Shown here: positions 53,732 through 63,092 of the stretch, piece by piece
How positions within the stretch are numbered: the first letter of the stretch is position 1
Layout of the letters: each line of letters starts with the position of its first letter
Origin: an uncultured bacterium
GTDB taxonomy: Bacteria > Cyanobacteriota > Vampirovibrionia > Gastranaerophilales > Gastranaerophilaceae
Reading direction: 5' to 3'
Length of the DNA stretch: 64,000 nucleotides
Assembly: GCA_949283255.1 (NCBI GenBank)
Contig: CASDRS010000001.1
Coordinates: forward strand, 51,749-115,748
The notes under the pieces: generated by a model
What the model saw: only the letters and a program-made list of their open reading frames with translations
Databases searched by the model: none
What the model was told of the DNA's origin: nothing
Made by a program: the position numbers and the translations under genes

Positions 53732-54606
53732 TGAACGTAACATTTAATCCATATAGACAATCTTCATACTCGTCTCCAAATCAATGTAAGCCGAAACCTC
53801 AAGCTTTTACAGGTAAGGAAGAGGCTGTAATAAATTCAATTTCAGGTAACTCAAAATTCTTGAATTCAGTGTCAAAAAAATATGATGATTTTTGTTGCTG
53901 GGTTGGAAAAAATATTTGCAGACCGTTGTTTGACCATGGTGTAATCGACAGTTTTGCAGATAAGATTAAAGATAAAGATAATTCAATCAAGTTCTTCTTG
54001 ATAGGTGGTTCAGCTATCACAAGTGGTGTGTATATGCAAAGAACTTTGACTAACAAGAAAATGGACAAAGATAGAAGAAAGACTTTGGCTGTAAACCAGT
54101 TCTTGACATTCTTGGTATCTACAGCAGGTGCCCTATTCTTGGATAGCAAATTGAAGACTTGGTGGAATAATAAAAAAGAACAATATTTTGATTTGAATCT
54201 TCCGAATGCAGAAGATGTAAGACATAAGATGGCAGAAAAGAACGAAAAAATCAAAATTAAGAACCAAGGTTTGGCGGATATGGATAAAGAACCTCTGTAC
54301 AAACTTGATACATACTTAGAAAAATATGGTAAAAAGCATTTCTTAGGTGAAGATGACTATAAGAGATTTATGACAAAGATGCATGGTTTTGCCGCTCTTC
54401 GTTCAATTATCGTATTTGCTCTTGTATACAGATTCTTAGTTCCGATTATCGTTACAAAACCTGCGAATATTCTATGTGAAAAATATTTGGCTCATAAAAA
54501 GAATAAAGATGCTAAGTTACAGCCAGCAGAACAAAAAACTGTGGAACAAAAGCCTGTTGAGCAAAATACTGCAGTAGATAATAAAGCAGCTAAGGTTGCA
54601 GCTTAG
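53731..54606 (+). CDS. orphan 3-TM membrane protein, paralog 2
   Basis: 291 aa with the same architecture as the upstream gene. Its start overlaps that gene's stop (TAATG). Confidence 0.55.
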   Translation: MNVTFNPYRQSSYSSPNQCKPKPQAFTGKEEAVINSISGNSKFLNSVSKKYDDFCCWVGKNICRPLFDHGVIDSFADKIKDKDNSIKFFLIGGSAITSGVYMQRTLTNKKMDKDRRKTLAVNQFLTFLVSTAGALFLDSKLKTWWNNKKEQYFDLNLPNAEDVRHKMAEKNEKIKIKNQGLADMDKEPLYKLDTYLEKYGKKHFLGEDDYKRFMTKMHGFAALRSIIVFALVYRFLVPIIVTKPANILCEKYLAHKKNKDAKLQPAEQKTVEQKPVEQNTAVDNKAAKVAA

Positions 54607-54679
54607 TATCGTAAGCTTTGTAACATTATTATTTGCGTTAAATTTGCGATAAGTATGTTTGTGCTACAATGACAGTAGT

Positions 54680-56194
54680 ATGAATTTAGATAGCGTAATT
54701 GATAGTTTACTTTCACCAATAGCCGACAAAATTTCAGGAATAATTTTTAGTTCTGTGACAATCCACGGAGTAAAAGTTGAATTTTTGGTAGTCCTGTTAA
54801 TGTGTGCTGCCTTGTATTTTACTTTTAGAACAAGATTTATCGGTTTTTGGGGATTTAAACATGCGATAAAACTTATAACAAAAAATTATGAGCATAAAGA
54901 TATTGTTCATAGAAAAAAACACGGAGAAGTTTCTGCTTTTCAGGCTTTGACGGCTACAATATCAGCTTCAGCAGGAATAGGAAATGTTGCAGGTTCTGCA
55001 GCGGCTGTTTCTATTGGCGGACCTGGAGTTATTTTTTGGATGATGGTTGCAGGTGTTTTTTCTATGGCTTTGAAATTTGCGGAAGTTTTATTGGGCTTGA
55101 AGTTTAGAAATATCAATGAGGATGGATCTGTAGACGGTGGGCCTATGTATTACATTCTCAAAGGTTTAAAAAATCATAAAATCGTTGGTCCGTTTGCACC
55201 ATTTTTGGCAAAAAGCTACGCCGTTTGTTGTATTTTTGCAATGATTGGCGGATGGAATTTATTTCAGATAAATGCCATGACTACTCAAATTACTGAGGTG
55301 ACAGGCGGAGAGGCTAGTTTCTTTCATAATCAGAGCTGGTGCTTAGGATTGATTGTTGCGGTTATAACGTATGTTACAATTATCGGCGGAATTAAGGCTA
55401 TAGGCAAGTTTACGTCCAAAGTTACACCGGTTATGTGTAGTTTGTATGTTTTGTCCGCATTTATAATCTGCGTTATGCATATAGGTCATTTACCGCATAC
55501 TGTTCATATTATATTAACAGAAGCTTTCAAACCGAAAGCTTTGCAGGGTGGGGCTTTTGCTTGTATGTTATGGGGCTTTAGAAGAGCTATGTTTGCAAAT
55601 GAAGCAGGTTTGGGTACTGCTCCTATTGCTTTTTCGGCAGTTAGGACGAATAAGCCTGTGGCACAAGCTTTTATCGCCATGCTCCAACCTTTTGTCGATA
55701 CTGTTATTGTTGGTTCTGCGACTGCTTTTGTTATTGTTGTCAGCGGAGTTTATTTACAAAACTCGGGGCTTGCCGGTATTGAATTAACTTCAAAAGCTTT
55801 TGCTACTGTGTGCCCGTTTTTCCCGATATTATTGACTTTCATGGCTAGTTGTTTCGTTTTGTCTACTATGTTGTGCGGGTCTTATTATGGGGTTAAGGGT
55901 TGGACATTTTTGTTTGGTGATACAAAATTGACAACAAGAACTTTTCAGGTTATATATTGTATATTCATTATCATAGGTTCGGCTATGAATTTCAAAAGTA
56001 TAATTAATCTTTCTGATGCGTTTACTTTGTTCTTAGCTGTTCCGAATTTAATAGCAGTTTTCATACTTTCGGATGTTGTTATTAAAGAATTAAAAAGATA
56101 TTGTAAAAAATATAACGTTGGCTTATTTAAAATAGAGAAAGAGGAGAGTAATGATGAAGAAAAATTGTCTGGAGATAGTAAGACAAAAGTGTGA
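54680..56194 (+). CDS. alanine/glycine:cation symporter (AGCS family)
   Basis: Polytopic protein with GEVSAFQALTATISASAGIGNVAG, GGPGVIFWMM and ANEAGLGTAPIA, all typical of AGCS. The ATG at 54680 is preferred. Confidence 0.88.
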   Translation: MNLDSVIDSLLSPIADKISGIIFSSVTIHGVKVEFLVVLLMCAALYFTFRTRFIGFWGFKHAIKLITKNYEHKDIVHRKKHGEVSAFQALTATISASAGIGNVAGSAAAVSIGGPGVIFWMMVAGVFSMALKFAEVLLGLKFRNINEDGSVDGGPMYYILKGLKNHKIVGPFAPFLAKSYAVCCIFAMIGGWNLFQINAMTTQITEVTGGEASFFHNQSWCLGLIVAVITYVTIIGGIKAIGKFTSKVTPVMCSLYVLSAFIICVMHIGHLPHTVHIILTEAFKPKALQGGAFACMLWGFRRAMFANEAGLGTAPIAFSAVRTNKPVAQAFIAMLQPFVDTVIVGSATAFVIVVSGVYLQNSGLAGIELTSKAFATVCPFFPILLTFMASCFVLSTMLCGSYYGVKGWTFLFGDTKLTTRTFQVIYCIFIIIGSAMNFKSIINLSDAFTLFLAVPNLIAVFILSDVVIKELKRYCKKYNVGLFKIEKEESNDEEKLSGDSKTKV

Positions 56195-56813
56195 AAGTTG
56201 CCAAGGCTGTGCTCTTGCAAAAAACCGTAATAACGTTGTATTCTCTGACGGTGATGCTTCTACAGCAAGAATAGTTTTGATAGGTGAAGCTCCTGGTGAG
56301 ATGGAAGATGAAACAGGTAGACCGTTTGTTGGTAGAGCCGGACAATTGCTAACTGAATTTTTATCTGACGCAGGTATTTCCAGAGATAAAGATTTATATA
56401 TCATAAATACTGTAAAATGCCGTCCGCCTGAAAACAGAGTTCCTACTGATGAAGAAAAAGCTGCTTGCAGAAAATTCTTGGATGCACAAATTGATATTAT
56501 CAAACCGGATGCTATCATTCTTTGTGGTGCAACTGCTTTGAAATCTTTTGTTAATTTGGACAAGAAACAAACTATTTCAAAAGTTAGAGGTCAGTGGATG
56601 ACTATTACGGTTGATGGTGTAGATTACAAGGCTATGACTATATTCCATCCGTCTTACTTGTTGAGAAACCATTCTATGGCAGAAGGTTCTCCAAGAAGAT
56701 TGATGCAACAAGATTTGAAGAATATCAAAGATACAATTTTACCTGATGTTAATCATGTAGATGATGTAACATCTGACAACAATGTTGCATTTGGATCTTT
56801 GGTTAGTGCCTAG
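56151..56813 (+). CDS. uracil-DNA glycosylase, family 4
   Basis: Fe-S Cys (CESCQGC), GEAPGEMEDETGRPFVGRAGQLL and HPSYLLR. SD GAGGAG at 56141-56146. It overlaps the symporter gene by 41-44 nt. Confidence 0.88.
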   Translation: MMKKNCLEIVRQKCESCQGCALAKNRNNVVFSDGDASTARIVLIGEAPGEMEDETGRPFVGRAGQLLTEFLSDAGISRDKDLYIINTVKCRPPENRVPTDEEKAACRKFLDAQIDIIKPDAIILCGATALKSFVNLDKKQTISKVRGQWMTITVDGVDYKAMTIFHPSYLLRNHSMAEGSPRRLMQQDLKNIKDTILPDVNHVDDVTSDNNVAFGSLVSA

Positions 56814-56832
56814 TTATAGTTGATTGTTAAAT

Positions 56833-56867
56833 TAAAAAGAGTCTTACTGTTCGTGAGACTCTTTTTT
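56833..56867 (+). terminator. intrinsic terminator
   Basis: AAAAAGAGTCTTAC-TGTTC-GTGAGACTCTTTTTTT, a 9-bp stem with one G.U pair. Confidence 0.7.
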
Positions 56868-56917
56868 TGTGGCGGTGTTTGGATTTTTATAGTAAAATTG
56901 TCCTAAAGGGGGATAAG

Positions 56918-58480
56918 ATGAGAGATAAAGTTGCAATTATTATTGGAGCAGGACCTGCGGGATTGAGTGCTGCTTATAATTTTTTGACAAAAACCGAGGA
57001 TATTCTTCCTGTAATTTTTGAAGAACTTGATTGTGTCGGAGGTATTTCAAGAACCGTACATTATAACGGTAACGGTATAGATTTGGGCGGTCATAGATTG
57101 TTTTCTAAAAATCAGGAAATATTGGATTTTTGGGAAGAAATTTTGCCTTTACAGGGAAAGCCTCCTATTGATGATAAGATTCTTGGAAGAAAGATAACGG
57201 TATCGCAAAACGGGCCAGATCCGGATGAAACAGACAGGGTTATGCTTAAAAGAAAGAGGGTTTCCAGAATTTATTATTTAAGAAAGTTTTTCGATTACCC
57301 GATAAGTTTGAAGGCTTCTACAATTCTGAATATGGGGATTGGCAGAACCTTTTTGGCTGGTGTAAGTTATATTAAATCTTGCTTTGTGAAGCGAGAAGAA
57401 AAAAGTTTAGAAGATTTTATGATAAACCGTTTTGGGTTAGTACTTTATAGGATGTTTTTTGAAAAGTATACTCAAAAAGTTTGGGGACTCCATCCGAGAG
57501 ATATTTCAAAGGAATGGGGTGAACAGCGTATAAGAGGTTTATCTCTTTCTAAGGCAGTTATCAACGCAATTTTGTCTCCTTTAAAATTGATATCAAACAA
57601 GCAAAAAGAAACATCTTTAATTGAGGAGTTTTTCTATCCAAAGTATGGCTGTGGTCAGTTATGGGATTATATGGCTGATGAGATTAGGCGTATGGGCGGA
57701 GAAATTCATTTGAATTGTAGGGTAAAGAGTTTTGATTTTGACGGTGAACGTATCAAATCCGTAAGTGTTCTTGAAAATGGTGAGGATAAAACTTACAGCG
57801 GGGAGTATTATATTTCATCTATGCCGATTAAAGATTTAGTTAGCGGTTTGGGTGAGATTGTTCCAGCTGATGTAGCGAAAATTGCAGAGGAGCTTCCTTA
57901 CAGAGATTATATGTTGGTTGGTTTGTATTGTAATAAGATAAACTTAAAAAATAATACTAAAATTCCGACTATTAATAACATTTGTCCGGATTGTTGGATT
58001 TATATTCAAGAAAATGACGTAACTCTTGGTCGTTTGCAGATTATGAATAATTGGTCACCTTATTTGGTTAAAGATTTTCGGGATAAGGTGTTTATAAGTC
58101 TTGAGTATTTTTGTACTGAGGGTGATTTGATGTGGAACAAATCTGACAAAGATATGATAGAATTTGGAATTTCCGAACTTGAAAAGTTGAATATTATAAA
58201 GATGGAAGATGTGTTGGATAGTGTTCGTGTAAAAGTGAAAAAGGCTTATCCTGCATATTTTGGAGCATATAAGGATTTTGATATTGTAAAAGATTATATT
58301 TCCAAAATCAGTAATTTGTATTGTATCGGACGTAACGGCCAGCATAAATACAATAATATGGATCATTCTATGCTGAGCGGAATTGAGGCTGTTAATGTTA
58401 TAAAAAACGGCTCAGCTAAAGATGTTTTGTGGGCTGTTAATACCGAAAAAGAGTATCATGAAACGGCTTCTCGGGATTAG
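56918..58480 (+). CDS. NAD(P)/FAD-dependent oxidoreductase (amine-oxidase / PPO-like fold)
   Basis: N-terminal dinucleotide fold [16 protein letters not shown]...EELDCVGG and C-terminal [14 protein letters not shown]. The ATG at 56918 follows AAGGGGGA. The substrate is unknown. Confidence 0.7.
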   Translation: MRDKVAIIIGAGPAGLSAAYNFLTKTEDILPVIFEELDCVGGISRTVHYNGNGIDLGGHRLFSKNQEILDFWEEILPLQGKPPIDDKILGRKITVSQNGPDPDETDRVMLKRKRVSRIYYLRKFFDYPISLKASTILNMGIGRTFLAGVSYIKSCFVKREEKSLEDFMINRFGLVLYRMFFEKYTQKVWGLHPRDISKEWGEQRIRGLSLSKAVINAILSPLKLISNKQKETSLIEEFFYPKYGCGQLWDYMADEIRRMGGEIHLNCRVKSFDFDGERIKSVSVLENGEDKTYSGEYYISSMPIKDLVSGLGEIVPADVAKIAEELPYRDYMLVGLYCNKINLKNNTKIPTINNICPDCWIYIQENDVTLGRLQIMNNWSPYLVKDFRDKVFISLEYFCTEGDLMWNKSDKDMIEFGISELEKLNIIKMEDVLDSVRVKVKKAYPAYFGAYKDFDIVKDYISKISNLYCIGRNGQHKYNNMDHSMLSGIEAVNVIKNGSAKDVLWAVNTEKEYHETASRD

Positions 58481-58555
58481 TATTTTATATAGGAATTCTG
58501 TACATTTATTTTTTATATAATATAATGATATAGGTTCTTAAGAGAGAATTTAGTT

Positions 58556-59926
58556 ATGATAAATGATTTAACTACAGGAAATCCCCTAAAACTGATTTTG
58601 GTATTTTCAGTTCCGTTATTGATTGGAAATATTTTTCAGCAGTTTTATAATATAGCAGATATAGTAATTGTAGGCAGAACATTAGGTATAAATGCGCTGG
58701 CTTCTGTTGGTGCGGTTGCACCTTTGTTTTTCTTGATAATGTTTGTAATAGTAGGTATGACAAACGGATTTGCAGTTGTTACGGGTCAGCGTTTCGGGGC
58801 TAAGGATTATGATGGTGTCCGTCGTTCGGTAACGATGTCAACAATTTTGAGCACAATATTGACGTTGTTTTTTACTTTTATTTGTTTGGGTTTGATGGGA
58901 CATATTTTAAAGTGGATGAATGTTCCTCAGGAAATTTATCAGGATGCTTATTGGTATATTCAAATTGTTATTATTGGTTTGTTTACCGCAAATTTTTATA
59001 ATTTACTTGCAAGTGTAGTAAGAGCTCTTGGGGATAGCAAAACTCCATTGTACTTTTTGATTTTTGCTTCTGTGTTAAATATATTTTTGGCACTGTTATT
59101 TATTTTGGAATTTCATTGGGGGGTTCCCGGGTCAGCTTTTGCTGTTGTTGTATCCCAGGCGATTTCTGTAGTACTTTGTGCTATTTACGTAAAAAAACAT
59201 TTCCCAATATTACATTTAAAAAAAGAGGATTGGATTTTTAAGACAAGAGAAGATTGGAAATTTGCTCTAGAGCATTTGAATGTCGGTGTACCTATGGCGG
59301 TACAGTTTTCTATATTGGGTGCAGGCATTTTAATTATTCAAAGTGTTTGCAACTCTTTTGGGGCAGATGTAATTGCGGCAATGACTGCAGCTTTAAGAAT
59401 TGAGCAGATTGCAACTATGCCTATGGTTTCATTTGGCGTTGCTCTTGCTGCGTTTGTTGCTCAGAATTTCGGGGCTAATAACTTTAGACGTATTAGGATA
59501 AGCGTAAAAAAATGCTCAATAATTAATTTGCATTTGAGTGTATTGATGGCTTTTATTATGCACTTTTGGGGCAGTTATTTTGTTCGTATTTTTATTGGAG
59601 ATCAAAATCCTGAAGTTGTAAAGATTGCTCATGATTACTTGTTTATAAGTTCATTATTTTATTTCTTCTTGTCTCAGATATTTATATACAGAAATGCTTT
59701 GCAGGGTTTGGGGCGTGCTACAATCCCAATGCTTGCGTCTGTTGGTGAATTATTGATGAGAGGCTTTGCGGCAGTTTATTTGGCTGTGAAATTCGGATAT
59801 GTTGGGATGTTTTTTGCAGGTCCGATTGCGTGGGTTGCAGCATCTTTGGTTCTTGCAGGAGGCTATTATACAAATATCCACCGATTTATAAGAGAAGCTC
59901 AGCAAAATGTCAGAGAACAAGCTTAA
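58556..59926 (+). CDS. MATE family efflux transporter
   Basis: 456 aa and about 12 TM helices. The N-terminus (PLLIGNIFQQFYNIADIVIVGR) is typical of MATE/NorM-like pumps. Confidence 0.85.
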   Translation: MINDLTTGNPLKLILVFSVPLLIGNIFQQFYNIADIVIVGRTLGINALASVGAVAPLFFLIMFVIVGMTNGFAVVTGQRFGAKDYDGVRRSVTMSTILSTILTLFFTFICLGLMGHILKWMNVPQEIYQDAYWYIQIVIIGLFTANFYNLLASVVRALGDSKTPLYFLIFASVLNIFLALLFILEFHWGVPGSAFAVVVSQAISVVLCAIYVKKHFPILHLKKEDWIFKTREDWKFALEHLNVGVPMAVQFSILGAGILIIQSVCNSFGADVIAAMTAALRIEQIATMPMVSFGVALAAFVAQNFGANNFRRIRISVKKCSIINLHLSVLMAFIMHFWGSYFVRIFIGDQNPEVVKIAHDYLFISSLFYFFLSQIFIYRNALQGLGRATIPMLASVGELLMRGFAAVYLAVKFGYVGMFFAGPIAWVAASLVLAGGYYTNIHRFIREAQQNVREQA

Positions 59927-60660
59927 ATATTGATTTGGTCTCCAGTGCATACTTCTTTTATGTTACAGATTTTAGATAATTCGATTTTTGAAGTTAAGTC
60001 GCAGCAGTGGCAAGGGTATATTACATTTACATCTTTTAAGTTTTGAGCAATTTGCTCCAATTCAGATATTGGTTTGTTAATGAGGTGCAGGCCTCCAATT
60101 ATGCCGTAGATATTTTTTATACCCGTAATTTCTTGTGCTTGTTTGATGATATTAAGGATTCCAGCGTGCGAACAGCCTGTAATGATAAATAATCCTTTTG
60201 ATGTTTTATAGACCAAAGCAGAGTCTTCAATATCTTCGCTGGGGTTGTTGTTTGTTTGTCCGAGAAAATACAGGTTCTCATTAATTTTGTATTCTTTTGT
60301 TGTAAGTATTGTTGAATATTTATTTCCAAGTTCTTGCCTTGAAATTGGGCAGCCGTATTCACCGTCTTTATCTGATTTAAAATCAAATATGTTCGAATGT
60401 GCTATTAATTTTGTACTTTTATTGGGGGAAAGATATCTTAACCCTCCGGTGTGGTCGTTATGACCATGGGAAATTATAATGTAATTAAGGGTGTTTAAAT
60501 TTATATTTAGCTTTTGGGCATTTGCTAAAAATACGTTGCTGTACCCGCAGTCAAATAAGATGCTCAATCCGTCAACTTCTATATATAGACTTAGCGCAGG
60601 CTCACCTAAGAAATATTTATCGATTCTTGTCGTATTTTCTACTAAAACAGTTATTTTCAC
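59923..60660 (-). CDS. MBL-fold metallo-hydrolase (COG1237-like), paralog B
   Basis: SHGHNDHTGG, TGCSHAG and PCHCC. It aligns end to end with the ORF at 28032-28829. Confidence 0.8.
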   Translation of the reverse strand: MKITVLVENTTRIDKYFLGEPALSLYIEVDGLSILFDCGYSNVFLANAQKLNINLNTLNYIIISHGHNDHTGGLRYLSPNKSTKLIAHSNIFDFKSDKDGEYGCPISRQELGNKYSTILTTKEYKINENLYFLGQTNNNPSEDIEDSALVYKTSKGLFIITGCSHAGILNIIKQAQEITGIKNIYGIIGGLHLINKPISELEQIAQNLKDVNVIYPCHCCDLTSKIELSKICNIKEVCTGDQINI

Positions 60661-61070
60661 AGTCTGAATTTTCCGATATTATTTCCGTATTTATCCATTT
60701 GAGTGTATGTGCCGTCTGAATTTTGTTTCAAAGACCCTGTCTGGTTCCCATATTTATCGTAGGTTGTAATTCTGCCGTTATTATTTTTGAAGGAGCCAAT
60801 TTGATTTCCGTATTTATCAAGAAATTTGCCTCCATTTTCTTCCATTTTTATTGAACCGGTTTGATTTCCATATTGGTCATAGCTGTTTATACGGTCGCCG
60901 TTATTTTTGTATGAGCCTGTTTGGTTCCCGTATTTGTCGTAGGTAGTTACTCTACCGTCATTCATTTTAAAAGAACCTGTTTGATTACCGTATTTGTCGT
61001 AAGTGTTTCCTGCAAATGCAGGTAGTGTTAACGTTAAGGCAAATAAAACCAATATGGATTTTTTAAGCAT
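60657..61070 (-). CDS. secreted protein made of six ~20-aa YD-like repeats
   Basis: Signal peptide ...LPAFA, then six units of (Y)DKYGNQTGS(F/Y)KxNxGR(I/V)T(T/S). It overlaps the MBL start by 4 nt. Confidence 0.65.
   Translation of the reverse strand: MLKKSILVLFALTLTLPAFAGNTYDKYGNQTGSFKMNDGRVTTYDKYGNQTGSYKNNGDRINSYDQYGNQTGSIKMEENGGKFLDKYGNQIGSFKNNNGRITTYDKYGNQTGSLKQNSDGTYTQMDKYGNNIGKFRL
60660..61001 (-). repeat. in-frame ~60-nt periodic coding repeat
   Basis: The plus strand shows recurring TTCCGTATTT(A/G)TC...GCCGTTA units. They correspond to the DKYGNQ repeats. Confidence 0.7.
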
Positions 61071-61117
61071 AGATAACTCCTTTTTTCTGATTATAACAGA
61101 TTTACGGCTTATTTCAA

Positions 61118-61873
61118 CTAAACTATTTCGATATCTTCTAAGCTATCGATTGTGTATGGGGAAGTTTTTGCTAAATTCTCTTTTGTTACTTGTCCTGTCG
61201 CAACAAGTATTGTCTTAGCGACTCCTCCATTGAAAGCTGCTGTGTAATCTGTTGGAGCATCTCCAATCATAACGGTGTTTTCAGGGTTAGATCCAAGTAT
61301 ATTCAGGACTGTTTTGACAGGTACACCGCTTTCTTTAGTTTCTTTGGTTGATTCTCGACCCATTACAGTGTCAAATAAATTTTCCCAGCCAAAATGTTTT
61401 AATGTTAGCAAGGTTGACTCAGTTGCATCAGATGTAACTATTGCAGTTTTTATGCCCCTGCTTTTTATATCTTTGATAAAGTTTATTGCCGAATTTATAG
61501 GTTTTGTGTATTTGGTCATATCTTTATAAAAATCGGCACTTACTTTATCAAAAATTGTTTCCATATCTTTTGGCGTGATGTTTACATTATTTTCTACAAG
61601 ATATTTGCAAAAAATATCAATGATAATGGGTCTTGAATATAGTGCAGTAATCCCGTCTGGCAACATTTTTCCGCTAGTTGGGTCGTAGCCTAGTTCAAGA
61701 CAGAATTTTTGAAAGACATCTTTATTAAGATTATATTGTTTTATTATTTCCAAGACTCTTAACTCTGTCATTTTGCCCCAGAAATAGTGCAAATCAATAA
61801 AAGTTCCGTCTTTATCAAAAATTATTGTGTCTATATCACTGATTTGCCAATCAGATGTCTTTAATTTTATCAT
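61118..61873 (-). CDS. HAD-superfamily hydrolase (phosphatase/phosphonatase-like)
   Basis: Motif I IIFDKDGTF, motif II VTSD and motif IV MIGDAPTD. 251 aa. Confidence 0.8.
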   Translation of the reverse strand: MIKLKTSDWQISDIDTIIFDKDGTFIDLHYFWGKMTELRVLEIIKQYNLNKDVFQKFCLELGYDPTSGKMLPDGITALYSRPIIIDIFCKYLVENNVNITPKDMETIFDKVSADFYKDMTKYTKPINSAINFIKDIKSRGIKTAIVTSDATESTLLTLKHFGWENLFDTVMGRESTKETKESGVPVKTVLNILGSNPENTVMIGDAPTDYTAAFNGGVAKTILVATGQVTKENLAKTSPYTIDSLEDIEIV

Positions 61874-62835
61874 TATTTTTCTCCTGTCATTAATTGTACA
61901 AGAGGTTTAGCAATTTCTACTGCCTTATTTAATTTTTCCTTGTTTGTGAACAGGTCGTCGCTTAACAAGTATTCTTTTACAATTTTTCTTGCATAAGAAC
62001 CAACTGCCAAGCAGTGCGGATGAACGTTACACAAATTAGCCAATTCTATTGATTTCATGTTTGTTCCACCTGACATCATAATATATGCCGGCATGTTAGC
62101 TTTTTGGAATAATTGAGCTGTTGCAACTGCTTGTAGCGTTGTACCAAATTCATCGTCGTTTCCGCTCATTGCAATTCCGTCAGCTTGAATAATTGTTGTA
62201 AAAGGTTTTCTGACATCAAGCATCTTTTGAACTCTTTCTTTTAGCTTTTTGTCGCCAAGTTCAGATCTATCCAGTGAAATACATAGCATGCCGTCAAAGT
62301 GTTTGTTGATTTGTGCCCATTTTTCCATAACATCTTTTTCATCAGTTGAAATTGCGTGGAATTCAATACAATCGATTCCCTTTGCTATTATCTTAGGAAG
62401 CACTTCATCATAATTTTGTAGTTGGCTTACCATTGTAATAGCTTTTTGAGGGCAGTTGTTTGCACATTGATTACATCCGATACAACGTTCTTTTTTTACT
62501 TTGTATTTATCAAGTTCAATGATTGCATCGTGAGGACATATTACTTTACATTTTCCGCATTTTGTACATTTGTCCTGATCTATCACTGCTTTTGTAATAT
62601 GCGGGTCGCCGTCAATACCAACACTTATACAGATGTAGCGATCTTCTTTTATTCCTGCTCTTTCTAAACCTCTCTTTGCTGCATCTACAATTTCAGGTTT
62701 TGCACATAGGTCAAAGAAGTTGCAACCTGCTAGTGAATAGATAGTTACAAGTTTTTCAACTTCTTCGGCATCTTCATTTCCTGCTCCACATACTAATTTA
62801 AAACATTTCTTATTTTCAAACAAATCTTTTAGCAT
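61873..62835 (-). CDS. LdpA-like 4Fe-4S dicluster protein
   Basis: N-terminus FKLVCGAGNED...AGCNFFDLCA resembles the FKLICGAS start of cyanobacterial LdpA. Two ferredoxin motifs are present: CTKCGKCKVICP and CIGCNQCANNCP. The family call is from memory. Confidence 0.55.
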   Translation of the reverse strand: MLKDLFENKKCFKLVCGAGNEDAEEVEKLVTIYSLAGCNFFDLCAKPEIVDAAKRGLERAGIKEDRYICISVGIDGDPHITKAVIDQDKCTKCGKCKVICPHDAIIELDKYKVKKERCIGCNQCANNCPQKAITMVSQLQNYDEVLPKIIAKGIDCIEFHAISTDEKDVMEKWAQINKHFDGMLCISLDRSELGDKKLKERVQKMLDVRKPFTTIIQADGIAMSGNDDEFGTTLQAVATAQLFQKANMPAYIMMSGGTNMKSIELANLCNVHPHCLAVGSYARKIVKEYLLSDDLFTNKEKLNKAVEIAKPLVQLMTGEK

Positions 62836-63092
62836 CTTGTCTATCCTCTCTAAAATGTATATTCTCTATAAAATAATTTTTATTTAAATACAATTGAATA
62901 ATATTACAAAAAAAAAATCTAAAAAAGTTTTTTATTAAGCAAAAGATAGTTAATTTAATTATGTAAAGAAATGTAAATTGTGTTAATGGTTGTCCTATAA
63001 GGGGTTTTGCGATTGCTTTTAATTTGAGCTCAAGTTTTCAGTGGAATTTGCCGTATGTGAATATAGAGTTCAGTAAGAAAAAGGAATTATTA

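Noticed and set aside
53799-54302. 167-aa minus-strand ORF opposite the orphan membrane-protein gene at 53731-54606.
   Set aside because: The plus-strand gene has a coupled start, a TM architecture and a paralog upstream. The minus ORF is a lysine-codon (AAA/TTT) shadow with no SD.
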